Source: Chara braunii (Eukaryota; Plantae; Charophyceae). From it: a DNA stretch of 64,000 nucleotides. Every line of letters starts with the position of its first letter. Position 1 is the stretch's first letter. The position numbers and the translations under genes are program-made. The stretch lies in NCBI GenBank assembly GCA_003427395.1, contig BFEA01000012.1, positions 4,609,512 through 4,673,511 of the forward strand, given 5' to 3'. This document shows positions 37,913 through 49,945 of the stretch, piece after piece. Under the pieces are notes generated by a model. The model made no database searches and was not told where the DNA came from. It worked only from the letters and a program-made list of their open reading frames with translations.

Positions 37913-39078
37913 AGATGCGGCCTTGTGGCGAAACGGGCGACATAACACCTCAAAAGGTATCACTCTAGGACCACCATCACACCGACAACATTTTCGCTCA
38001 AAACGCATGTCCATCGACGTGCTGGTAATTTGGCAGCACCTCCTCACCAAAAATAACATTGTCGCCGCAAACTTAACCCCACGAAAAATGTCGTTGTCGT
38101 CATGCCAACAGTTAGCAGCATAACCCCTAAAAGAATTGAGGGTGCAACCTGCCACGCGTGCACAAACCACCCTACCACTGGTTTCAAGGACGTTTAAACG
38201 CATAGCACTAGCCTATGCTGCAGCAAGGTGCTGCGAGCTATGGCCATAGCTGCCTTGGTTTCATCTCCAACTCCCTTGCAGATCTCCCCCTTGACCTCCA
38301 ACAGTTCTCCCCCAGCAACTCCCCCGTGCAGACCACCGAGTATCTCAGCAGCTCTTCCAAGCTCCTCCTAGTTGCACGTAGCTGCTCCATAACCTATGTC
38401 CACTCCTCATCTCCACATATCAAGCCTCAGGGCTCACTGTGCACCCATAGCCTCATGCTATGCCAAGTCACTGATCCGCTGTGTCCTTGCTTGGGTCCAC
38501 TCTTTCCTGATATAATCATGGAGGTGGGGCACTCACATCACTTTTGTTATGGGTCTATTGCGTCTCTGTGTGCTTCCAATCCCGCTGATGAATCTCGGAA
38601 TCACTTTGTAACTGCTACTTGTCACTTTTCCTTGCTTCCTCTGGTGAAATCATGGAGTTGTGGTTGTTGTTACCTTGCATTGTGACCCATATTTTTCATC
38701 TATAGATTTGCTTCACCTCGTTTATGTATATAAATGTCCCTCAGCAGACCCGTGCATCCGTGATGACAAGGCGGATAAGTTAAGCCCTTTGCTACCTTAA
38801 GGGCTGCCGATTTAGAGGCTTTATTCCCAGGGGTGCAATCTCAGTGCCAAGGTTGGGGGGGGAAGAACAACTCGTGATAGTCACAAACTCAAATCCTGAC
38901 AGTCCCAAATGGTGTGCAAAAAGTTTTCCGACTTTAGGGATTTGTAGTAAAAGATTTTTTCAATCAAAAAAATCTGGAAAAAAAATTGTTCGTGTGGGAT
39001 AGCTGGCCACCTACCCACATAAAACATTTTAAGGTAAAAAAAAATCACTTGGCTGCAAACTAAAAAATACTGGTTCTC

Positions 39079-42000
39079 TCATGATTCTAGTCGTAAGACA
39101 AATGAGAGCGAGACCAACAGACATCCTTGTCTCAGCGAACGCGTCAACGGGAACTCATCTGATAGCCGACCATTTACAAGCATTGTAGAGGTAGAGTGAG
39201 CATACATAGCCTTGATCCACGTCTTGAAGCCTGGACCGAAGCCCATTTTCATCAAGGTGGTCGAAACAAAGGCCCAACGTACCTTATCGCAGACCTTATC
39301 CATATCAAGGAGGAGGACGTCGACTTCCTGCTTCTCTTTCTCGGTAATCTCAAGGGTCTGGACTGTCGTTAGGATATTTTCAAAAATTGAACGACCCTTC
39401 ACAAAGGTCCCCTGTTCCCAGCCAATCAAAGTAGGAAGGAGGTTTGCGAGCCTCAAGGCTAAGGCCTTGGCTAAAATCTTGTAAGCCACGTTCAAAACTG
39501 AGATCAGTCGATAGTTACGAACCTCCCTTTTATCCCCCTTCTTATAGAAGAGGGAGATAACTCCTTTGACAAAAACTTTAGGTAAAAATCCGGTAGGTAA
39601 AACTCTATTATATACTTGACACAAAAAAGGAGCGAAGGCATCCCATGTACTGAGAAAGAGTTCCACAGGCAACCCATCAATCCCCGGACACTTACCAAGG
39701 GTCATCCTTTTAACCGCCCTATGGAGCTCTTACTCAGTCAGGGAGGAGTCTAGACTCTCCCTATCCGGGCGTTGGATCTGAAAGCTAGAACGCTTCCAAA
39801 AGGTTGACTCCATTGACAAGTCTGAATCAAATTGATCATACGGCCTGCGTGAAGACACTGTATCTCTAAAATAATTCAGATCATATTGAGACAAACTTAC
39901 CATATCAGCTGCTGGAGGAGCCGCCAAGGAGAAGGGACGGTGGAGTTCTTTGACTAGCGGTTTTGCTTGATGCAAGATCAAGGAACGAAAGGTCGGGTTA
40001 GTTATTCTGTCATATACTGTTATCCCACATAATTTTAACCATTCCACCCAATCATTTTGTTTTTGTTGTTTTACTGCTTCAAGCTGAAGTAGGGCTTCCT
40101 ACCTTTTCTGTGTCCAGTAATAGTCCGCAAACGGATTTGTGCCAAGGTTCAATTATGCTTGTTCTATGACTTTTTTAATTTCGGCTTCGGTCCAGTTTCT
40201 TCGAGCGGCTTCCATTAGGGAGAATTCAATGAGAGCCACTCTGATAACTTGTATGCCCACATCTGCCCAATCTTCCTCATTTTGAAAATCCTTGGCCATC
40301 GGCCAGATTTTTATTTGGCCTGCTACCCACTGTGGGATACCCTTGTACTTCAAGTTGTTTATGTTCAACCTGAAGAGCGGTCTCTCTCTTTCAGCGGTCT
40401 CTTTAGACAAATTTTCAAATAGGATAGGGTAGTGATCGGACATTGAAGGGATGCGGAGCTCCGAGGCCACACACCTCGCCCATAACCCTCAACGAGCCAT
40501 GATAGAATCCAATCGCCTACTGGGGGGTGGGGGGGGGGGGGGGGGGGGGGGGGGATTTCATCAGGGTATGCCCCAAACCATGTATGTCCATTGAGGTCTG
40601 GGTTCAACGCTTTAAAAGCGTCGACCAAATCTTGAGATTCGAAAAAGGTCATCAGCATGCTTGCATCCTCTCTCAAAGGGGAGAGCTTTGGTGAGTCTAA
40701 TCCTGGACATAGGATTGTATTCCAATCCCCCAAAATAGCTAGATTTTCTATGTCGGGGATACAGGCCGGTAGATTGGCGAAGAAGGTTGTTTTGTCTACG
40801 TAGTCTGTCGGGGCATAGATTGAGACAATCGTCCAATCTTCATCCTCAACGGCAAGCTTAACCCACACTAGTCGTCCCGATAGGTCCATGTAGGAGTCCA
40901 AGATATCAGAATCAAAGTCGTTGCTAATCAAAATAATTGTCCCGCCTTTGGATCCCCTCGCCGGAGCCCAAAACTGGGGGCCTAGCCACTAGGGTTTTAT
41001 TTCATCAATTTCTTCTGAATTTAATTTTGTGACAGTCTATTGAAAGCACATTATCTGGATATCCTCCTTTTGCATCCAGGAAGTATCCTAGATTGCTTTC
41101 GTTTTTCAGCTGTGTCGCCAAGTCCTTTTACGTTCCAACTAGCTATGCGGATCTTAGGAGGCAAAACCATTACTTTGGTCTGCCCCGTTCAACCGTTGGA
41201 TATGGGCGTCTTTTTCATGATATTCTACCGACAGGGCTGATGTGATGAGCATTGCTCTGAACTTTGGCTCTGATACCGTAGACACGACATTCGTTTTGAC
41301 CAGCCAATCGATTATTTTTTTCGCTGTATTATTCGATGTTAGAGAGATGGACGAAGCGCTATCGTTGTTTGGAGCCAACAAGTTGGTCAGCGGATGCCAG
41401 CATACTCTTTTAGCACACGACTTGCCAAAGGAATCCGAAACTGTTCTTATGCCCATAAAGGCTACATGAAGGAAAATTTTCTCCCCTCCCTGTAAAACAG
41501 TCATATGGCGGCCTGGTTTGAGATCGAGCAAAATCTTACAGCACCTTGTATGATTTGATACATATTCGTTAACAATGTCCTACATCTGTTCTTTGGCAGG
41601 TTGGCCAATAGAACTATAAGCTAAAAGTTTTTTGGCTTTGTTTTGAGCCATTGCGGCTAATGCTCCTAATATCATGGAAGCAATACTGCAAAAAAAGAAG
41701 ATTGTCTGCCATGTTGGATCAAGTTTGGAATCTCCAAGACAGGGAGACTTAAAGCTTCATCATTTTCTTTCTTCGTGACTAGTAAGCCCAGTGGTGAATC
41801 AGAAAGAATCGAAGGAACTAGATACTCCTTTGGTGGCGGCCTCCCCTTGTCATGGGTTCAACAAGGAGTATAGATTGTTTAACTACTCTTCTTGCTTTAC
41901 CTCTTTTCTTGGAGGGTAGAGTTGTGTTTGCCGTTTCGAATGGTTCTCCCAAGGCCAGTTCAACTTCCGTCTATATGGCTGAGTCATCGTTTAACCTAAC

Positions 42001-42682
42001 TTTCTTGAGGGGGATATCGTCCTCATTCCTGTTTGAGAAGGAGAGTTGTCCCTCAGATAAGAGACCAGGGACTGAGAAGTCAAAGGTCTTTTCTTGTATC
42101 TCTGACTTGTTTTCATCCCTGGAATTAGTGGACCACGTGGTTCCTTCATTATGAAAGAGAGAACCTAGTCTTAGGTTGGTACGGTCTTCGGGGTCGTATC
42201 CCGGTTCCCGGGATTTTGCCCTTGCTGCGACCATCATCAGTGCCTGTGGATCCTGGGGGAGGGACTTTATTGGCCAGCTTCTTCTTCTTGTTTTTGGATT
42301 TGTTTTTTCTCCAAAAACAAACCGGGAAGATGGTCCCGGCCCCTTCATTTGGGACACTTCTTTTAAGGAGCCTGCCCCATCTCCCTTTTTGGGGACATAG
42401 ACAGATTTTGTTTTGAAGGGGTTTACATCTTTGGGGTCAAGGTTACCAACTGAGCCGTCCTTTTCTCGTTCCTTATCCCCCCATCTACGATTTTTCTCGT
42501 TTGGCACAAAATCCTTGTTCCGCAATAGGACCTCTTTAAACGAGGGACCTGGAGCATCCAGACCCTTCCCATCTTTCGAACTGTCCTTTGGCTCCTTCGG
42601 AGGAGGGGAGGGGGGGTGATCCCTGTCTTTCTTGCTATCTTTCCCTTTATCCTTCTTTAGTGCCTGCTTGTTCTTCTTCTTC
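39079..42682 (-). mobile_element. Decayed L1-like LINE: ORF1 part, APE, and RT truncated after the QG motif
   Basis: IRIASWNVKGL (41150), IYAP, ILGDWN, SDHYPI; KCPGIDGLP, NYRLISVLNVAYKILAKAL, LDMDK, LRQGC. Confidence 0.93.
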
Positions 42683-43400
42683 TTTTTTTTTTTTTTTTTT
42701 TGAGAAGTTGTCACTTTATATTCCAAGCAAAAGGATGGCTGAGGCTGGGGACCTCACAATTCAACCCGGAGTCTCCAAGAACCTTGCTGGAAACCGGGTC
42801 CAGCGTCCCAGGAACCCACTATTCTCATCAGAAGTAAACTTCTCAAAAACTAACTTGAAGCTCAATAAAAAGTGGCCGAACTAAAAAACATATAACCATG
42901 CAAATCCTTCAGCCAAGGAATCCTTAACCCTGGGCTAAGCTCAAAGAAGATCGACCCTTGCCCATTCTGATGAATGTTAACCCTAACACGTCTGCAGACC
43001 AGAGGAAGCCTAAACCACCTTGACGGGTTTCCACCACGCACCCTTGGATCTTCAAAAGGATCTACTGTCAGTTTGAGCCAAGATCACGTAGGGTACAGTT
43101 CAAGTTTGCTTCCTATACTGGTGATACCAACTGCAACTTCTGCAAGGAGTAGCACTCTCACCACCAACGGTGACACTCACACTGTCTCCATAGTGCTGCT
43201 ACCCATGAAGTAGTATAGCTTTTAAATGCAACAGTAGAACTGCAGCACCTATATGCTATCCCTAGAAAACCAAACAAGTCTGCACTTAGAAAACAGCAGA
43301 TCCAAACACAAATATATGGCAACTAGTTTATCCCCGGTACGATAATCCCATCAATTCTCCGACAGTCCTGAGAAATTGTAGCTAGTTCTTCTTAGGACAT
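42683..43400 (-). mobile_element. Poly(A)-tailed LINE 3' end inserted into the preceding LINE ORF1
   Basis: 19-nt T run 42683-42701; carries both conserved 3'-tail motifs (42741-42772, 42785-42810); distal boundary approximate. Confidence 0.6.
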
Positions 43401-44510
43401 CTGTCGTCGGATTCCTCGTGAAAGTGGCGGCGACACAGTCTGCACCAGGAAGGCTCCGCACAAACAATGCCAATCTTAATTAGTCTGTCCTCTCAATATG
43501 CAAACACTTCTTATATCGTAGTCCGGCTGACGGGAGCAGATCAAACATGACGTTGCGGAGGTCCGGTTTCAGCGGTTTGGTGTAAGGGCCATTGGAAGGC
43601 GGCTAGTTTCGTTCTTCGAAACAGGAGCGGGCTATTGCTGTCCCTCACCCTTCGTTCAGGTGTAACGCCCAGATTCTGGTTGCCTTGGGTAGTCCCTGGA
43701 AAATTCATCACGGGCGCTCGGTGGGGGTCGGCAGCCCACAGGCCCCCTGGACCGTAGGGCGCCACTCGAAAGTTCTCTGCTCGAACTTGTAGGAACCCGT
43801 CGGCGGGACAGCTTCGCATGGCCTTTTTGAAGCTTCCAGACCTAGGAAACGACGGGCGGCACGAAAGAAAAAGAGAAGAAGGACAAATTTGAAAAACAAT
43901 CAAAATCAAAAATAAAAACCATAAAAACCAAACACGAGGGGGGCATCGTCAGCTAGAACCGCCAGCGGCGAAGAAGCTTCTGGAGGGCGAGTTGATTCAC
44001 CTCTGCCTGAGCAGTCTTCCCGCTCGTTCTTGGCTTACATTGGTCTAGCAACCGTAGATTTTTGGAATGTACGGACAGAACGGGTGCTGGTCCAGTAGAA
44101 TCCAAATTCTGAGCGCAGGTCAGTGAGGAAGTTGAATGACCCCCTGGTCCTTGAGCGCGACCTATGGGCCTCGCTCCACTACGAGTCACCACATCTGAAA
44201 ACGAGAATGAACGAATCTCCCGCAAGAACATAGAAAGATACTCCGCCAGCTTTGCTTTTTTTTGTGGATGTGGTGAGTAGGGGAGCGAGGCCCTCTTTGT
44301 GTTTGGCGGGGGCCAAGTGCCACTTTCCCGAATCCTCGATTTCTGACCATAGATTAATAAGATCAACGGGCAGATATGAAGAATCAGTGTAAGTAAGTGG
44401 GACCTGTGGCCCCTGGTCGCTGGTCACAAGGTCGTTATGGTCCGAGCGTCTCGTTGAAACGGGGGCTCGAGGATGACGGGAGGGGCAGAAACGTGAAAGG
44501 GACAGCCAAC

Positions 44511-44580
44511 GGGCTTAGCTCAGTTGGCACACCCATAAACTGCTGAAATGCACCTCCGAGTTCGAATCCAGGTGGGACCA
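44511..44580 (+). pseudogene. tRNA-like (SINE-type) sequence with Pol III boxes
   Basis: A box TAGCTCAGTTGG 44516-44527, B box GAGTTCGAATCC 44558-44569; acceptor and anticodon stems do not pair. Confidence 0.5.
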
Positions 44581-44605
44581 GATTAACAAAATCCCGCAAT
44601 TAACT

Positions 44606-44715
44606 GGGCCGGGCCTAAGTCCCACTTGGGCGAATTCTTTTGTTTAGGGCCGTCGATCTACAGAATCGACGGTCAGAAATCTACAATTTTGGTAAACGGG
44701 ACTTGGCCCCCGGCC
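44606..44715. repeat. Fold-back (MITE-like) element with a CCGTCGAT-N7-ATCGACGG core
   Basis: Inverted arms GGCC..AAGTCCC / GGGACTT..GGCC; a related element lies at 49835-49945. Confidence 0.6.
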
Positions 44716-45173
44716 ACTTTCACCATGATATGATATCTTAACAAGGACAGCGGAACGAACTGGCCTTGGTTCGAACTCGACGCAGATCACTATCAGGGTT
44801 TTAGACTGGGTTTCGTGTGCGCACGAGTTCCTGCCATCCGATTTAAAAATCTTACGGCCGGACTGTGGCCACGTCGAAAATTACTCGACGAGAGGTAGAC
44901 TAAACCCCTGCAAGTGGGGCGGTCAGTTCGATGATGATGATATCTCAAGGCCGTCGCCCTTTTCTTAGAAAGAGAAAAGAAAGGGGAAGGGCATCGCCAC
45001 ACCACTCTCGAAATGTGCAAAATGAGAATGAACTTTCAGCTAGAACACGACCAGATGCACCCTCCACATTTTTGTCTTTTTCACATTTCAAGAGTGGTGT
45101 GGCGAGGCCCGAAGAAAGGGAAAGGAAGAAAAAGAGGGGCAAAAAAAACAAGGAAAAGGACAGCGAAGGCGGG

Positions 45174-45237
45174 GTTCGCGAATCATCGAACCAATGGCAG
45201 GTAGGGTTCGGTGAAACAGACGATTCGCGAAAGTTGC
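45174..45237 (+). promoter_or_regulatory. Heat-shock-element-like arrays and CCAAT box upstream of Hsp90
   Basis: gTTCgcGAAtcATC (45174-45187), CCAAT (45191), aGACgaTTCgcGAAagTTGc (45218-45237); imperfect nGAAn repeats. Confidence 0.55.
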
Positions 45238-45653
45238 AGTGGTGCCTTGTGGAAGCGAGGCCCTTTGGGGCCGGCTGGGAGCGGTCGGCGTTGAAGCAGC
45301 CGCACGCATTCACTCGAAAGCCCGCCGCCCGCGCTGTTGCCCAGCCTCGGCGGCGGGAACCGAATACATTTGCCACGGCTTTAAAGTAGGTAAAGTACCC
45401 TCCAGTATCAGTGTCGTAGTAATCAGCCAGCGAGTGCACGAATTGCTCGGCCTGCCAATCCGATTAGGGTATCGATCTCCACGGTGCTCTGCACCTCACA
45501 CCTCACGGTTTGGCGACTTTGTTTGCTGAGCGCACTTGCACTGCCCTTTTCTGGAGCGCGCACTTCCCGACTTTCTCTCTGCTCCAGTCTGCTCCGCTCC
45601 CCGCCTGTCGAGCCAGCTTTCCTTCTACCGCGCAAGGTCTCCAGGTCGTAGCA

Positions 45654-47840
45654 ATGGCTGACGCTGAGGTTCATCCTGCCGCCGATGTCAATCCTGTTGT
45701 TGCCCCTTCGCCTGCTGCCCCTGCTGCCGTGGAAATGGAAGCTGATACGGAGACCTTCGCCTTCCAGGCGGAGATCAATCAACTGCTGAGTCTTATCATT
45801 AACACCTTCTACAGCAACAAGGAGATTTTCCTGCGCGAGCTCATCAGCAATGCTTCCGATGCCTTGGACAAGATCCGTTTTGAGGGTTTGACTGACAAGA
45901 GCAAGATGGAGGCACAGCCTGAGCTGTTCATCCATATCATTCCAGACAAAGCGAGCAAGACTCTGTCGATCATCGACAGTGGAATTGGTATGACGAAGGC
46001 CGATCTTGTCAACAACCTCGGCACCATTGCGCGGTCGGGCACGAAGGAGTTCATGGAGGCGCTGACTGCGGGTGCGGACATCAGCATGATTGGGCAGTTC
46101 GGTGTTGGTTTCTACTCCGCATACTTGGTTGCTGAGCGTGTCGTTGTGGAAACGAAACACAATGATGACGAGCACTACGTGTGGGAATCGCAAGCGGGAG
46201 GGTCGTTCACCGTTAGACGCGTTGATGCCACGGGTGCAGATGATCTGAAGCGAGGAACGAAGATGACTCTGTACCTGAAGGAGGATCAGACCGAGTATCT
46301 GGAGGAGCGTCGACTGAAGGATCTGATAAAAAAGCACTCGGAGTTCATCAGCTATCCCATCTCTCTGTGGACCGAGAAGACGACGGAGAAGGAAGTGTCG
46401 GATGATGAAGACGAGGACGCGAAGGACGACGAGGAGGGAAAGGTAGAGGACGTGGACGAGAGCAAGGAGAAGACCAAGAAGAAGAAGAAGGTCAAGGAGG
46501 TCTCGCACGAGTGGAAGTTGGTGAACAAGCAGAAGCCAATTTGGATGCGCAATCCCGAGGAGATCGCCAAGGAAGAGTACGCCGCTTTCTACAAGAGCTT
46601 GACGAACGACTGGGAGGAGCATTTGGCAGTGAAGCACTTTTCGGTCGAGGGTCAGCTGGAGTTCAAGTCGGTGTTGTTTGTCCCGAAGCGAGCTCCTTTC
46701 GATTTGTTCGACGGGAAGAGGAAGCTCAACAACATCAAGCTCTATGTCAGGAGGGTGTTTATCATGGACAACTGCGAGGAGCTCATTCCCGAGTACCTGA
46801 GCTTTGTGAAGGGTGTGGTCGACTCTGAGGATCTGCCTCTGAACATCTCTCGCGAGATGCTTCAGCAGAACAAGATTCTCAAGGTCATCCGCAAGAACCT
46901 GGTCAAGAAATGTATCGAGATGTTCACGGAGGTTTCCGAGAACAAGGAGGACTACGCCAAGTTCTACGAGGCGTTCTCCAAGAACTTGAAGCTGGGTATT
47001 CACGAGGACAGTGCAAATCGCGCCAAGTTGTCCGAGCTTCTGAGGTATCACTCCACCAAGTCGGGCGACGATATGACGAGTTTGAAGGACTACGTAACCC
47101 GCATGAAGGATGGCCAGAAGGACATTTACTACATCACTGGCGAGAGCAAGAAGGCGGTGGAGAACTCGCCGTTCCTTGAGAAGCTGAAGAGGAGGGGTTA
47201 TGAAGTGTTGTTCATGGTGGACCCCATCGATGAGTACGCTGTTGGACAGCTCAAGGAGTACGACGGGAAGAAGCTCGTCTCTGCGACTAAGGAGGGTCTG
47301 AAGCTTGACGACACCGAGGAGGATAAGAAGAAGAAAGAGGAGATCAAAAAGGAGTTTGAAAGCCTGTGCAAGTTGATGAAGGAGATCCTCGGTGATAAGG
47401 TTGAGAAGGTCGTCGTCTCGGACCGTATTGTGGACTCGCCATGCTGTCTTGTGACAGGTGAGTACGGCTGGACTGCGAACATGGAACGTATCATGAGGGC
47501 GCAGGCTCTGCGTGACAGCAGTATGTCCAGCTACATGACTAGCAAGAAGACCATGGAGGTGAACCCAGAGAATGCGATAATGAAGGAGTTGAAGAAGAGG
47601 GCGGATGCTGATAGAAGCGACAAGACTGTTAAGGATCTGGTGATGTTGTTGTTCGAGACGGCGCTTCTGACTTCGGGTTTCAGCCTTGACGATCCCAACA
47701 TGTTTGCCAGCAGAATTCACAGAATGATTAAGCTTGGCTTGAGCATCGACGAGGATGCCGCTGGCGAGGACGAGGACATGCCACCTCTGGAGGATGAAGC
47801 CGCCGCCGAGGAGGGCAGCCGGATGGAGGAGGTTGACTAA
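45654..47840 (+). CDS. HSP90: Cytosolic heat shock protein 90, 728 aa, intronless
   Basis: [92 protein letters not shown] and terminal MEEVD; first in-frame ATG in context gcaATGG. Confidence 0.98.
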   Translation: MADAEVHPAADVNPVVAPSPAAPAAVEMEADTETFAFQAEINQLLSLIINTFYSNKEIFLRELISNASDALDKIRFEGLTDKSKMEAQPELFIHIIPDKASKTLSIIDSGIGMTKADLVNNLGTIARSGTKEFMEALTAGADISMIGQFGVGFYSAYLVAERVVVETKHNDDEHYVWESQAGGSFTVRRVDATGADDLKRGTKMTLYLKEDQTEYLEERRLKDLIKKHSEFISYPISLWTEKTTEKEVSDDEDEDAKDDEEGKVEDVDESKEKTKKKKKVKEVSHEWKLVNKQKPIWMRNPEEIAKEEYAAFYKSLTNDWEEHLAVKHFSVEGQLEFKSVLFVPKRAPFDLFDGKRKLNNIKLYVRRVFIMDNCEELIPEYLSFVKGVVDSEDLPLNISREMLQQNKILKVIRKNLVKKCIEMFTEVSENKEDYAKFYEAFSKNLKLGIHEDSANRAKLSELLRYHSTKSGDDMTSLKDYVTRMKDGQKDIYYITGESKKAVENSPFLEKLKRRGYEVLFMVDPIDEYAVGQLKEYDGKKLVSATKEGLKLDDTEEDKKKKEEIKKEFESLCKLMKEILGDKVEKVVVSDRIVDSPCCLVTGEYGWTANMERIMRAQALRDSSMSSYMTSKKTMEVNPENAIMKELKKRADADRSDKTVKDLVMLLFETALLTSGFSLDDPNMFASRIHRMIKLGLSIDEDAAGEDEDMPPLEDEAAAEEGSRMEEVD

Positions 47841-49051
47841 GATCTCATATGTCTTTTTGGTAATCGTTAGGTGCTAATTTTTTGCTATGCGTGGTCTCTC
47901 GTGCGGAGCTTTCCTCTTTGTCTTCGATTGTCAGGGATTGCCTTGTGTACGTGAGAGAGCCCACTTGAGCGTAGAGTTCAGATGGGGACGGGGACGGTAG
48001 GCTAGGGTTTTATTCTTGCATGCGGCCGAATAATTCTCCTCTGGTATTCATGCAGCAGCTGAGTGTTCACGGGCTTGCTTTCGCTTGGCTGGCGTATTCT
48101 GCCGTTGAAGTGGAGAGGGTCCATTCTGAATCCCGTAGGTGACTCTTGTGTTGGTGACGGTGGTGGCGTGAGTTCGGGCGGCGGGGGTTGCAATGACTTG
48201 CATTATTTAGTGGCCTTGTTCTCGCTACCTTTTTGCGCTTGTTGTCCTGCCTCATCTGAATTATAGGTATGGCGAAGTAGCGAGGTAGTTGAGGACGGTC
48301 AGTGACTGTGATATAGTGTGGTGGGTGCGGTAGTGTCTTTTGAGACGGCTTCGTAAGGCGGCGGTTTTAAGCTGCGTGCGAGTAATGTTTACAGTGTGTC
48401 GGCTCTGTCGGTTACCTCATGGTTCGCTGGTCGATGTTAGTGACATTTTGAGTGTAAAATGATCTCAGCGTGCTTGATGTTGTGGCGGTTTTGTTTCGGG
48501 GGGAATTTGGTTGAGGACTAAACGGGTCAATTAATGTTTCAACGACTTGATGCTACGGCGATTTTGTTGTGGAGCGAACTGGGTTGGTTGGGGGGTTTAC
48601 TGATGAAATTACTGCTTGAATGATTTGGATGTGAACGAGTTGCGGCTATCAATTAAATTGGATCTTTCAGTGTATTTTCATTGCTGCACTTTCGTTTGCG
48701 TGCTTGTTGTTGTTGTTGTTGTTGGTATTGTTGTTTTGCGTTGGCTTTCAATGCTTTGCATGTCGGCCTTCAAATATGGGGACTTGAACAACAACGAGGT
48801 GCTGAATAATGTACAATGCATACTGCGGCTTGAATTAGTTGCGTCGATTCACGTTGATGAATGTTAACCCAATTGGATACGAGCTGCGCCGTGTTCATTT
48901 TTATACGATTGGCTAAGGTTTTTTGACCATAACGTGTAGACTACTGCGTCAGTCGTGCAGCAATCGGTGTAGTTCGAAAGCGAACGGTATAGAGTAGACA
49001 TTGGCACGTTCCGATTTCGAAATCGACGGCTGTCCCTGAGTTGAACTCTTT

Positions 49052-49175
49052 GATCGACAGTGTATAGATTTCCTGTGGCCGGCTGCGGAAGCGGTCTGAA
49101 GTCGTTGGTTTCGATCGACAGTGTATAGTTTTCCTGTGGCCGGCTTCGGAATCGGTCTGAAGTCGTTGGTTTCGA
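49052..49175. repeat. 61-bp tandem duplication
   Basis: gatcgacagtgtatag...gtcgttggtttc occurs twice. Confidence 0.93.
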
Positions 49176-49834
49176 GTATACGTTGCGTTAAAAGCGCTGC
49201 AGTGTTTAGTTGTTCTCTTCTCGACTCTTTCTGGGTTGCCTAGGTTTCGACACAGTACTTTCTGCGTAGTGGTGCACCGATAGGCGAGTTAAACGATGTT
49301 AGGTTTGATTGTTTAGGTCTTTAAGGTTTTCGAAACATGCGCGTTCACGTTGCTGTCGAGCGGAAGGCTGCCTATCTATGACGAGGAGCAGAGTTATTCT
49401 CTGAAGCTCGTGAGGGGAAAAGGTCTATACAGTTTTCCTATAGGTAGGTGTTCTTGGGTCAATGGGCCCGTGCATTACAGCTAACCAAGAAGTCCGAAGA
49501 GAGCGTTTGCAAGGTCGTAGCGTAAGCGGTGTTGGGGTAATCCTAGTGTGTTGCGACTGTATGGTGACGCGGGAGGTGCGCAGCACCTGGATCAATGGAC
49601 CGTGCAGCACAGCAGCTTTGGCCACAAGGCAGGCTGCAAATAGAGACTTGACAAGATTGTAGCGTCAGCGGTGCTTTGATGAAATCTTAGTGTGGTGCGA
49701 ATGGATGATGGGTCTAAATGAAGGAATAATTGAACGGCGTAAGCCCTACAGCACAGTGCGCGCTTGTCTTTTCGGCTCCTCGAGGTCATCCGGAGGTTTT
49801 CGCCCCTGGTAACGGGTAACTTTTGTGCCGTTGT

Positions 49835-49945
49835 TATTCGGGGGCGAGGTCCCATTTACACGAATTAAGCGATGTTGACCGTCGATAGCAAAGATCGACG
49901 GTCAGGTTCTCGTAATCCGTGCAAGTAGGACCTTGCCCCCGGGTA
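49835..49945. repeat. Fold-back (MITE-like) element
   Basis: TGACCGTCGAT-N7-ATCGACGGTCA core (49876-49904) inside imperfect ~50-bp inverted arms. Confidence 0.75.

Noticed and set aside
41266-41278. PBS-like GGTATCAGAGCC on the minus strand
   Set aside because: Lacks the initial T and an adjacent LTR; lies in LINE ORF1-region sequence.
44511-44580. Functional tRNA gene
   Set aside because: A and B boxes are present but the cloverleaf stems do not pair.
45510-45653. 48-aa N-terminal extension of Hsp90 in the ORF track
   Set aside because: Starts at TTG; the first ATG in good context is 45654.
45423-47720. 765-aa antisense ORF over Hsp90
   Set aside because: Shadow ORF caused by Hsp90 codon bias; no recognisable motifs.
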